64,000 bases of DNA from Eledone cirrhosa. Taxonomy: Eukaryota. Under the pieces are notes generated by a model. It was not told where the DNA came from and searched no databases. It saw only the letters and a program-made list of their open reading frames with translations. A program made the position numbers and the translations under genes. Below, one piece after another: positions 44,001 through 55,589 of this stretch (the first letter of the stretch is position 1; each line of letters begins with the position of its first letter). Location: the NCBI GenBank assembly GCA_964016885.1, contig OZ024753.1, positions 32,612,001 to 32,676,000 on the forward strand, in the 5' to 3' direction.

Positions 44001-47000
44001 GTAATCTATCTGGTCAGTTACCCTTCAGTGTGTAATCTATCTGGTCAGTTACCCTTCAGTGTGTAATCTATTGGTCAGTTACACTTCAGTGTGTAATCTA
44101 TCTGGTCAGTTACACTTCAGTGTGTAATCTATCTGGTCATTTACACTTCAGTGTGTAATCTATCTGGTCAGTTACACTTCAGTGTGTAATCTATCTGGTC
44201 AGTTACCCTTCAGTGTGTAATCTATCTGGTCAGTTACCCTTCAGTGTGTAATCTATCTGGTCAGTTACACTTCAGTGTGTAATCTATCTCGTCAGTTACA
44301 CTTCAGTGTGTAATCTATCTGGTCAGTTACCCTTCAGTGTGTAATCTATCTGGTCAGTTACACTTCAGTGTGTAATCTATCTGGTCAGTTACACTTCAGT
44401 GTGTAATCTATCTGGTCAGTTACACTTCAGTGTGTAATCTATCTCGTCAGTTACACTTCTGTGTGTAATCTATCTGGTCAGTTACACTTCAGTGTGTAAT
44501 CTATCTGGTCAGTAACGCTTCAGTGTGCAGTCTATCTGGTCAGTTACACTTCAGTGTGCAATCTATCTGGTCAGTTACACTTCAATGTGCAGTCTATCTG
44601 GTCAGTTACAGTTCAGTGTGTAATCTATCTGGTCAGTTACACTTCAGTGTGTAATCTATCTGGTCAGTTACACTTCAGTGTGTAATCTATTGGTCAGTTA
44701 CACTTCAGTGTGTAATCTATCTGGTCAGTTACACTTCAGTGTGTAATCTATCTGGTCAGTTACACTTCAGTGTGTAATCTATTGGTCAGTTACACTTCAG
44801 TGTGTAATCTATCTGGTCAGTTACACTTCAGTGTGTAATCTATCTGGTCAGTTACACTTCAGTGTGTAATCTATCTGGTCATTTACACTTCAGTGTGTAA
44901 TCTATCTGGTCAGTTACACTTCAGTGTGTAATCTATCTGGTCAGTTACACTTCAGTGTGTAATCTATTGGTCAGTTACACTTCAGTGTGTAATCTATCTG
45001 GTCAGTTACACTTCAGTGTGTAATCTATCTGGTCAGTTACACTTCAGTGTGTAATCTATTGGTCAGTTACACTTCAGTGTGTAATCTATCTGGTCAGTTA
45101 CACTTCAGTGTGTAATCTATCTGGTCAGTTACACTTCAGTGTGTAATCTATCTGGTCATTTACACTTCAGTGTGTAATCTATCTGGTCAGTTACACTTCA
45201 GTGTGTAATCTATCTGGTCAGTTACCCTTCAGTGTGTAATCTATCTGGTCAGTTACCCTTCAGTGTGTAATCTATCTGGTCATTTACACTTCAGTGTGTA
45301 ATCTATCTGGTCAGTTACCCTTCAGTGTGTAATCTATCTGGTCAGTTACACTTCAGTGTATAATCTATCTCGTCAGTTACACTTCAGTGTGTAATCTATC
45401 TGGTCAGTTACCCTTCAGTGTGTAATCTATCTGGTCAGTTACACTTCAGTGTGTAATCTATCTGGTCAGTTACCCTTCAGTGTGTAATCTATCTGGTCAG
45501 TTACACTTCAGTGTGTAATCTATCTGGTCAGTTACCCTTCAGTGTGTAATCTATCTGGTCAGTTACAGTTCAGTGTGTAATCTATCTGGTCAGTTACCCT
45601 TCAGTGTGTAATCTATCTGGTCAGTTACCCTTCAGTGTGTAATCTATTGGTCAGTTACACTTCAGTGTGTAATCTATCTGGTCAGTTACACTTCAGTGTG
45701 TAATCTATCTGGTCATTTACACTTCAGTGTGTAATCTATCTGGTCAGTTACATTTCAGTGTGTAATCTATCTGGTCAGTTACCCTTCAGTGTGTAATCTA
45801 TCTGGTCAGTTACCCTTCAGTGTGTAATCTATCTGGTCAGTTACACTTCAGTGTGTAATCTATCTCGTCAGTTACACTTCAGTGTGTAATCTATCTGGTC
45901 AGTTACCCTTCAGTGTGTAATCTATCTGGTCAGTTACACTTCAGTGTGTAATCTATCTGGTCAGTTACACTTCAGTGTGTAATCTATCTGGTCAGTTACA
46001 CTTCAGTGTGTAATCTATCTCGTCAGTTACACTTCTGTGTGTAATCTATCTGGTCAGTTACACTTCAGTGTGTAATCTATCTGGTCAGTAACACTTCAGT
46101 GTGCAGTCTATCTGGTCAGTTACACTTCAGTGTGCAATCTATCTGGTCAGTTACACTTCAATGTGCAGTCTATCTGGTCAGTTACAGTTCAGTGTGTAAT
46201 CTATCTGGTCAGTTACACTTCAGTGTGTAATCTATCTCGTCAGTTACACTTCAGTGTGTAATCTATCTGGTCAGTTACACTTCAGTGTGCAGTCTATCTG
46301 GTCAGTTACAGTTCAGTGTGTAATCTATCTGGTCAGTTACACTTCAGTGTGTAATCTATCTGGTCAGTTACACTTTAGTGTGTAATCTATCTGGTCAGTT
46401 ACACTTCAGTATGTAATCTATCTGGTCAGATACACTTCAGTGTGTAATCTATCTGGTCAGTTACACTTCAATGTGCAGTCTATCTGGTCAGTTACAGTTC
46501 AGTGTGTAATCCATCTGGTCAGTTACACTTCAGTGTGTAATCTATCTGGTTAGTTACACTTTAGTGTGTAATCTATCTGGTCAGTTACACTTCAGTGTGT
46601 AATCTATCTGGCCAGTTACACTTCAGTGTGTAATCTATCTGGTCCTGTTACACTTCAGTGTGTAATCTATCTGGTCAGTTACACGTCAGTGTGTAATCTA
46701 TCTGGTTAGTTACACTTTAGTGTGTAATCTATCTGGTCAGTTACACGTCAGTGTGTAATCTATCTGGTCAGTTACACTTCAGTGTGTAATCTATCTGGTC
46801 TGTTACACTTCAGTGTGTAATCTATCTGGTCAGTTACACTTCAGTGTGCAGTCTATATGGTTAGTTACACTTTAGCGTGTAATCTATCTGGTCAGTTACA
46901 CTTCAGTGTGTAATCTATTGGTCAGTTACACGTCAGTGTTTAATCTATCTGGTCAGTTACACTTCAGTGTGTAATCTATCTGGTCAGTTACACGTCAGTG

Positions 47001-50000
47001 TGTAATCTATCTGGTCAGTTACACGTCAGTGTGTAATCTGTCTGGTCAGTTACACGTCAGTGTGTAATCTAGCTGGTCAGCTACACTTCAGTGTGTAATC
47101 TATCTCGTCAGTTACACTGCATTGTGTAATCTATCTGGTCCTGTTACACTTCAGTGTGTAATCTATCTGGTCAGTTACACTTCAATGTGTAATCTATCTG
47201 GTCATGTTACACTTCAGTGGTGTGCAGTCTATCTGGTCAGTTATACTTCAGTGTGTAATCTATCTGGTCAGTTACACTTCAGTGTGTAATCTATCTGGTC
47301 AGTTACACTTCAGTGTGTAATCTATCAGGTTAGTTACACTTCAGTGTGCAATCTATCTGGTCTGTTACACTTCAGTATGCAGTCTATCTGGTCAGTTACA
47401 CTTCAGTGTGCAGTCTATCTGGTCAGTTACACTTCAGTCTGTAATCTATCGGGTCAGTTACACGTCAGCGTGTAATCTATCTGATCAGTTACACTTCAGT
47501 GTGAAATCTATCTGGTCAGTTACACTTTAGTGTGCAGTCTATCTGGTTAGTTACACTTTAGTGTGCAGTCTATCTGGTTAGTTACACTTTAGTGTGTAAT
47601 CTATCTGGTCAGTTACACTTCAGTGTGAAGTATATCTGGTCAGTTACACTTTAGTGTGCAGTCTATCTGGTTAGTTACACTTCAGTGTGTAATCTATCTG
47701 GTCAGTTACTGTTCAGTGTGTAATCTATCGGGTCAGTTACACTTCAGTGTGTAATCTATCTGGCCAGTTACAGTTCAGTGTGCAATCTATCTGGTCAGTT
47801 ACACTTTAGTGTGCAGTCTATCTGGTTAGTTACACTTTAGTGTGCAGTCTATCTGGTTATTTACACTTTAGTGTGTAATCTATCTGGTCAGTTACACTTC
47901 AGTGTGAAATCTATCTGGTCAGTTACACTTTAGTGTGCAGTCTATCTGGTTAGTTACACTTCAGTGTGTAATCTATCTGGTCAGTTACAGTTCAGTGTGT
48001 AATCTATCGGGTCAGTTACACTTCAGTGTGTAATCTATCTGGCCAGTTACAGTTCAGTGTGTAATCTATCTGGTCAGTTACCCTTCAGTGTGTAATCTAT
48101 CTGGTTAGTTACACTTTAGTGTGTAATCTATCTGGTCAGTTACACTTCAGTGTGTAATCTATCTGGTCAGTTACACTTCAGTGTGTAATCTATCTGGTCA
48201 GTTACACGTCAGTGTGTAGTCTATCTAGTCAGTTACACGTCAGTGTGTAATCTATCTGGTCAGTTACACGTCAGTCTGTAATCTAGCTGGTCAGTTACAC
48301 TTCAGTGTGTAATCTATCTGGTCAGTTACACTTCAGTGTGCAATCTATCTGGTCAGTTACACTTCAGTGTGCAGTCTATCTGTTTAGTTACACTTCAGTG
48401 TGTATTCTATCTGGTCAGTTACACTTCAGTGTTTAATATAATGGTCAGTTACACTTCAGTGTGTAATCTATCTGGTCAGTTACACTTCAGTGTGTAATCT
48501 ATTGGTCAGTTACACTTCAGTGTGTAATCTATCTGGTCAGTTACACTTCAGTGTGTAATCTATCTGGTCAGTTACACTTCAGTGTGTAATCTATTGGTCA
48601 GTTACACTTCAGTGTGTAATCTATCTGGTCAGTTACACTTCAGTGTGTAATCTATCTGGTCAGTTACACTTCAGTGTGTAATCTATTGGTCAGTTACACT
48701 TCAGTGTGTAATCTATCTGGTCAGTTACACTTCAGTGTGTAATCTATCTGGTTATTTACACTTCAGTGTGTAATCTATCTGGTCAGTTACACTTCAGTGT
48801 GTAATCTATCTGGTCACTTACACTTCAGTGTGTAATCTATTGGTCAGTTACACTTCAGTGTGTAATCTATCTGGTCAGTTACACTTCAGTGTGTAATCTA
48901 TCTGGTCAGTTACCCTTCAGTGTGTAATCTATCTGGTCAGTTACCCTTCAGTGTGTAATCTATCTGGTCATTTACACTTCAGTGTGTAATCTATCTGGTC
49001 AGTTACCCTTCAGTGTGTAATCTATCTGGTCAGTTACACTTCAGTGTGTAATCTATCTCGTCAGTTACACTTCAGTGTGTAATCTATCTGGTCAGTTACC
49101 CTTCAGTGTGTAATCTATCTGGTCAGTTACACTTCAGTGTGTAACCTATCTGGTCAGTTACCCTTCAGTGTGTAATCTATCTGGTCAGTTACACTTCAGT
49201 GTGTAATCTATCTGGTCAGTTACCCTTCAGTGTGTAATCTATCTGGTCAGTTACAGTTCAGTGTGTAATCTCTCTGGTCAGTTACCCTTCAGTGTGTAAT
49301 CTATCTGGTCAGTTACCCTTCAGTGTGTAATCTATTGGTCAGTTACACTTCAGTGTGTAATCTATCTGGTCAGTTACACTTCAGTGTGTAATCTATCTGG
49401 TTATTTACACTTCAGTGTGTAATCTATCTGGTCAGTTACACTTCAGTGTGTAATCTATCTGGTCAGTTACCCTTCAGTGTGTAATCTATCTGGTCAGTTA
49501 CCCTTCAGTGTGTAATCTATCTGGTCAGTTACACTTCAGTGTGTAATCTATCTCGTCAGTTACACTTCAGTGTGTAATCTATCTGGTCAGTTACCCTTCA
49601 GTGTGTAATCTATCTGGTCAGTTACACTTCAGTGTGTAATCTATCTGGTCAGTTACACTTCAGTGTGTAATCTATCTGGTCAGTTACACTTCAGTGTGTA
49701 ATCTATCTGGTCAGTTACACTTCAGTGTGTAATCTATCTCGTCAGTTACACTTCAGTGTGTAATCTATCTGGTCAGTTACACTTCAGTGTGTAATCTATC
49801 TGGTCAGTTACACTTCAGTGTGTAATCTATCTGGTCAGTTACACTTCAGTGTGTAATCTATCTGGTCAGTTACACTTCAGTGTGTAATCTATCTGGTCAG
49901 TTACACTTCAGTGTGTAATCTATCTGGTCAGTTACACTTCAGTGTGTAATCTATCTCGTCAGTTACACTTCAGTGTGTAATCTATCTGGTCAGTTACACT

Positions 50001-50191
50001 TCAGTGTGTAATCTATCTGGTCAGTTACACTTCAGTGTGTAATCTATCTGGTCAGTTACACTTCAGTGTGTAATCTATCTGGTCAGTTACACTTCAGTGT
50101 GTAATATATCTGGTCAGTTACACTTCAGTGTGTAATCTATCTCGTCAGTTACACTTCAGTGTGTAATCTATCTCGTCAGTTACACTTCAGT
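5003..50191. repeat. 31-bp satellite/minisatellite array, ~45 kb, ~1,450 monomers, with higher-order structure
   Basis: Uninterrupted head-to-tail TCTATCTGGTCAGTTACACTTCAGTGTGTAA with recurrent point variants and occasional 30- and 32-bp monomers; no unique spacers. Copy number estimated as length/31. Confidence 0.99.
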
Positions 50192-50513
50192 CTGCTTTCA
50201 GATAAAAAGTCAACTGCTGTTTCTTCTGTCCACACTATACATCTATAGACATCTTTTAACTATATTGTAGTGAGTAAAGTGTCTTACACTGAGATTATCG
50301 GTTTCAAGTTGAGGAGGGAACTGGTGTGGTTGTTGGTCGTACTATATGATATAGACAGGTCAGGATTCTGATGCGGTTGTTTGCTATATTATATAGACCG
50401 GCAGGACGATACCAATATGTGTGTTGGTTGATTGCCATATTATATAGACAGGTCAGGATACTGATGTGGGTGTTGAGTAATTGCTAAGTTATATCATAGA
50501 GAGAGACTGGTGT

Positions 50514-50515
<2 letters not shown>

Positions 50516-50588
<73 letters not shown>
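50516..50588. repeat. (TA)n microsatellite
   Basis: Seen directly. Confidence 0.95.
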
Positions 50589-50590
<2 letters not shown>

Positions 50591-50659
50591 CAATGTCAAG
50601 CAAATAGAGAAAAAGTTTTAAAATAAATTTTTTAAAATGTTAGTGTACTTACTGTACGC

Positions 50660-50741
50660 ACCTTTACCGCGGTTTCTTATCCCAAAATAAACAGATAATC
50701 CAAGCGGTATTCCATTGAGAAAGAGATCGTCGTCAGAAGGC
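50660..50741 (-). ncRNA. Type I hammerhead ribozyme motif with long stem II region
   Basis: Minus strand GCCUU-CUGACGA-(~53 nt)-GAAA-CCGCGG-UA-AAGGU: stem I GCCUU/AAGGU, palindromic stem III ACCGCGGU, GUA triplet; stem II pairing is imperfect. Confidence 0.6.
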
Positions 50742-51475
50742 TTTCATCACTCGGAGAATATAAAATTCCCGAGTTCATATATCTATATATATTTATTGGT
50801 TCATTGTTATATAGATAGCAAGATTATGATGTGAATGGTCGGTGCCTTTCGCATTATCTGGATGATAGCATACTGTTATGGGTGTTCGTTGATTGTCATA
50901 TCATATAGACAGGTAAGAATACTTGTATGAGTGTTAGTTGAAAGTCACACTATACAGACTGGAAGTGTGGTGAGGGTGTTGTTTATTCTATTATATAGGT
51001 ACGTCAGGATGCTCATATGGGTAATGTTTGACGGATTTATTACATTGACAGGATGAGACTGATTTGAATATTAGCTAATTACTATATAATATAGAGAAGC
51101 CAATACTGGTGTATGTGTTGGTTGGTTGTTATATTATATAGATATGTCAAGGTATATGTGGTTCTTGATTGAACGTCATATGTAGACAGGAGGATACTTA
51201 TGCGTGGATCTGTTGAATGTTATATACATAAACATGAAGATGTAGATGTAAGTATGGGGTAATTGCTATATTATACAGACATGTCAGGGTCCCTGAGATG
51301 AACGGGTAAGCAGAGTTGATAAGTTCATAAATGAAAGGTCACAAAACCGCAGCATAAGCCGAGAGTAGACAGATCTTATCTTGACACAACCTAGATGACG
51401 GATGGTGACGTAGATTGCATGCTACCGAGTCACCCCATTAACATCCTTAATTCTATAAAGAAACAGAAGCCATTA

Positions 51476-51657
51476 ATTGGCAATATCGGTAGAGGGTCGG
51501 ACGCCATGCTTGGCAGCACAGTTATGTCCCTTTGCGGACTGAGTTCAAATCCCGCCGAGGTTAACTTTGCCTTTCATCCTTACAGGGTCGATAAAATAAA
51601 GTACCAGTAATACACTGTGATAATTGCTGGCCTTGTGCCAAAAAGTAGAAACAATTA
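51476..51657 (+). mobile_element. tRNA-type SINE, near full length
   Basis: A-box-like TGGCAATATCGG, B-box GAGTTCAAATCCC, family core TTTGCCTTTCATCCTTAC..GGTCGATAAAATAAAGTACCAG, end GTAGAAACAATTA. Confidence 0.9.
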
Positions 51658-52082
51658 ATTAATTGTTTAATCAGCATTTTGCAAATGTTATGTTACAAGA
51701 TACAATCAACGGTATTAACTTCGTGGAGATGGTAGATATGGAAGTCATAGCTCAGCTCGGCACCATTTGAAGAAATATATAATATAAAAGAAATTAAAGG
51801 AAGAAGACAGTGAATTTAATCGGATAGCTCAATATCTGTTTTGCACAACCAGTCTGATATTACGCATGATTAATATCACCTATCTATTAATTATAACCAC
51901 CAATTTTTATATCTCTTTCTCTAAATTGAAGATACCTTTAAAGTTTCAAACCCAAATCAGTCTTCCTTATTTAAAAGAATTAGAATCATACAAGATAACC
52001 TGAAGCAACTGAAAATAACTAAATGAAAAACATGGCATATTATACATATTTTGTAGGCTTCATGTAATTCTTGAGTCAGTCC

Positions 52083-52083
<1 letters not shown>

Positions 52084-52142
<59 letters not shown>
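52084..52142. repeat. (CT)n microsatellite
   Basis: Seen directly. Confidence 0.95.
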
Positions 52143-52148
<6 letters not shown>

Positions 52149-52293
52149 GTCTCCTTCTCACACACACAGTGGCTGTGATATTTATCTCTTTGATGACGTA
52201 TTTCATAGTGATTCCTGACTACATAAACACGTAGACGTAATCATATTATCTCAGCTATTTCTTTGACTGGAACTTGATATACACACGTGCACA

Positions 52294-52417
<124 letters not shown>

Positions 52418-52890
52418 TATAAATACATAGATATACATAAACATTATACAAAATAATGATTACATACACACATCTATGCCATGAGTGTGGATGGAATTGG
52501 GCTGTGACAAACTATGGAAAACAGAAAACAGCGTTCGCTACACATGTGTTACTCATACATATAAATGTATATATATGCACACACAGACACACATACACAC
52601 ACACACTCACACATATATGTGTGTGTGAATGTAATAATTATTTTTCTGAGTATGTTTATGTGTATGTGTGTGTATGTAATAATTATCTTTGACTAGCGTT
52701 CTCAGATTGGCTACACTTTTGTGAGTGTATGTGTGTGTGTGTGTGAGTGTTTGAGTGTTTCTCCAAAGAGAACCATATAGGTACTTATCTTCTCATGAAG
52801 TGAATGCGATGTAAGGTCTTACTCTGTATAAAGAGAATACTAGAAACTTTTAATGCATGTCATTCCTATGACAGATATTATTCGAATTAC

Positions 52891-52923
<33 letters not shown>
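52891..52923. repeat. (AAT)n microsatellite
   Basis: Seen directly. Confidence 0.95.
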
Positions 52924-52925
<2 letters not shown>

Positions 52926-53044
52926 TTTCTTTATTAACCACAAGCGTTTACACAAAGTAAGACGACAGGGACAGGACAGGACAACACAGGACGGTACAAT
53001 TGGGAATTTCTGCGTGTAAAAAAAAACAAAAACAGAGGATGTAA

Positions 53045-53298
53045 AGGATTAGGGACTGTCATGAGATCAAGCTCGTCCCGTTTGTCGTAGGAGCACTAGG
53101 TACTATCTCAAAGAGTTTTCAAGGATGGTTAAAGAACACTAGTCCAGCCCCGTTTTTTTTAAACAGTTCAAAGGGCATGTTTGCTGGGAACAGCAAGAAC
53201 CCTCCGATACGTCCTGAATATCTGAGGCTGAAGGTAGCGGCTTGATGTTCATTTGAACAAACTTTCCAGTAAAAGAACATCAATGACTGAGACTCAAA

Positions 53299-53332
<34 letters not shown>
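53045..53332 (+). mobile_element. 3' end of an R4/Dong-like non-LTR retrotransposon (restriction-like endonuclease C-terminus, 3' UTR, (AAT)n tail); frameshifted
   Basis: Manual translation RIRDCHEIKLVPFVVGALGTISKSFQGWLKNT, frameshift at a poly-T run, then TVQRACLLGTARTLRYVLNI* (stop 53223-53225). Matches the recalled 'vPiviGalG...Q...llgta..Lr..L' terminus of R4/Dong ORFs; followed by (AAT)n. Confidence 0.75.
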
Positions 53333-53333
<1 letters not shown>

Positions 53334-53515
53334 GTTTCTACTTTTGCCACAAGGCCATCAATTATCCCAGTACATTACTGGTACTTTATTTTATCGACCC
53401 CCGTAAGGATAAAAGGCAAAGTTAATCTCGGCGAGATTTGAACTCACACCATAAAGGGCCGTAACTCGTTGCTGCAAAGCATGGCGTCCGACCCTCTGCC
53501 AATACTGCTAATCCA
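53331..53515 (-). mobile_element. tRNA-type SINE
   Basis: Reverse complement of the family seen at 51476; flanked by (AAT)n on both sides. Confidence 0.9.
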
Positions 53516-53560
53516 ATAATAATAATAGTAATAATAATAATAATAATAATATTAAAGAGG

Positions 53561-53682
53561 TCAATAATACACTGGGCTAATTACTGGCCTTGTGCCAAAA
53601 GTAGAAACAATTATTATTTCCGTGTAGTGTGGTGGATTGGCAGTATCGGTTGTGGTTTGGACGCCATGCTTTGCAGCATACA
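53561..53682 (+). mobile_element. SINE fragments: 3' tail (~53561-53617) followed by a 5' head (~53630-53682)
   Basis: CTGGCCTTGTGCCAAAAGTAGAAACAATTATT, then GGTGGATTGGCAGTATCGG...GGACGCCATGCTTTGCAGCATA. Confidence 0.75.
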
Positions 53683-54414
53683 GTAAACCTAAGCGCAGAT
53701 GCGGAGAGACAGATACATATATCATGGATGCCAGAATTACATCCACATGATCAAGTTATATATGTAGGCTAAGGTAAACAACTCACATTTCTTATTTTCC
53801 TGATATACTAAAGTAGCTTCCCCTAGATATCTAAATCTACATTTAAGTGTTAAAACGTTTGACAATGAACATATGTAGAGTGCTGAATCATCAGTAAGAC
53901 GAATTTAACTATTAACTATTGTGTCGTTAGTAATTTATGTTTATGCTAGAGGCTTCAATAATTCCGGCACATAGTGGAATGCTACTATATTTATAGACCA
54001 TGGAAGAATTAAAGCCGAATGTCACTGTTTTAACGATGTATATATGGAATCCAGTAATCTAGAGTTGTTTCCCCTTGAATATTTAATTTCAAATTGCAGC
54101 ATCTAAACTATGTTGCTGCTATAGATGCAAGAGAGTGCGATAGGATATATGAATTGGAATGCAGATGATGAGACTACCAAAAGTAGCTTCCCTTCGATTA
54201 CATATTTTTGTTGCAAGTTTTTGTTGATTTCAAGTTTGAAATGCATATAATGTCTTACCTGCTAGAAATAGCAACTACATTTCCCTCAAATCACAATTGA
54301 TCGTTATACATATCGACGACATGTGTGTTTTTGATGTATTCTATGATTTAATGAAATGTGATAGTGGTTTCCATAGCCGTAATGGCTTTCATTAGAGCTG
54401 TGTATGATCTAGAC

Positions 54415-54723
54415 CAGTGATTCTCAACGTGGTCCAGGTGGACCACCGGTGGTCCACATAGCATTTCTAGTGGTCCACAGAGAATTCGTAGCCATAAAAA
54501 AATTGTAGCCATTTCACAAAAATGTAACTAATATAATATTTTGTTTAATTACACACATGTCCATTATATTTGAAAATTTCGAGTTCACAGCTCAGATACA
54601 ATGGGCATGTGATTAGAATGTCTCTAGCAGTTCTATTACAAAAGATTTAAAAGTTTAGGTGGTCCACAGGAAAAAAATACTTATTTTGGTGGTCCACAGC
54701 GAAAAAAAGGTTGAGAACCCCTG
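54415..54723. mobile_element. Non-autonomous hAT (Charlie-like) MITE, 309 bp
   Basis: TIRs CAGTGATTCTCAAC / GTTGAGAACCCCTG; perfect 8-bp TSD ATCTAGAC (54407-54414, 54724-54731); subterminal GTGGTCCAC repeats at both ends. Confidence 0.92.
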
Positions 54724-54759
54724 ATCTAGACTGACCTACGCGTAAAAACCACACATCTC

Positions 54760-55000
54760 CCACCAACAACAACTGCAACAACACTACCAGCAGCACAACC
54801 TCAACAACTCAACTACCACACACAACTCCTAACACTAACAACACAACCACCATCGCCAACATTAATAGCAATACCCCACCAACTCTAACAGAAACACTAC
54901 AAAAAAGCACCAACGACCCCATCATCACCATCTTCCGCCACAACCAACAACACCCCTAACAACATCGCTCCTACCCCCCCCCCCCTGACTACCATACAAA
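54760..55000. repeat. CAA/CAC-rich low-complexity region with poly-C
   Basis: Seen directly. Confidence 0.75.
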
Positions 55001-55129
55001 GAAAATCCCTATTACCACAAGCAAAATCAGCAAGAAAGACACTCGAATATTGCATCAAAAACTATTTACATTATATTTATTTTAAAAAGAACAAATGGTT
55101 ATACAATTTTATCAATTTCTCAACATATT

Positions 55130-55270
55130 GATTTCTTATATAGGTACAAGTCAGCAATTTTGGTGTATGTATATGGTGTATTAAGTGCTATAACGGTCGA
55201 TTATATAGATCGCAACTGGTACTATATTTTATACACCCCCGAATTTGAACTCAGAACGTAAAAGGCTACA
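55130..55270 (-). mobile_element. Degenerate, internally deleted SINE
   Basis: TTTCTTATATAGGTACAAG..CAGCAATTTTGG ... CTGGTACTATATTTTAT ... GAATTTGAACTCAGAACGTAAA resembles the copy at 63384. Confidence 0.6.
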
Positions 55271-55589
55271 GCTAAATATTGATTTCTTGCGGTGATGGAG
55301 GTGATTATCTCGATTTTAAATCTTGAATGCAACTTTACCTTATCAACTCCGAAAGATGAACAGCGAAGTTATGTAAACCCGGGTGTTATTTGGATTCCAA
55401 ACATAAATACTTCAAGCCATGTTTTCTAGTAATTTTACGATTCTACCTTATCCATTCGCTACATCTATTTGTCCAAATTATAACGATACATACTCTATTA
55501 GTATATCTTACATATAATTCCTTTCCTGTATTCCGGTTGTTGTATATCTGTTGATTAAACCTGTGAGTGTCCCAGTTGTTTAACGAAAT

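Larger units (their letters stand above)
50325..51290. repeat. Old, degenerate ~45-55 bp minisatellite, interrupted at ~50516-50790
   Basis: Recurrent unit approximately TATATTATATAGACAGGTCAGGATACTGATGTGGGTGTTGGTTGATTGC (e.g. ~50342, 50385, 50437, 50898, 51130, 51266). Confidence 0.7.

Noticed and set aside
5003-50191. CRISPR array (31-bp repeat with internal palindrome)
   Set aside because: Monomers are directly adjacent with no unique spacers, no cas genes are present, and the context is eukaryotic.
51476-51560. tRNA gene
   Set aside because: A/B boxes are present but there is no cloverleaf, and the sequence continues into the SINE body.
51395-51610. ORFs overlapping SINEs (also 53253-53441, 53561-53746, 62124-62354, 63243-63554)
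   Set aside because: Chance frames through non-coding SINE sequence; the shared peptide SSNPAEVNFAFHPY simply reflects the repeat.
53885-53900. Minus-strand CUGAUGA (TCATCAG)
   Set aside because: No downstream stem II-GAAA-NUH arrangement.
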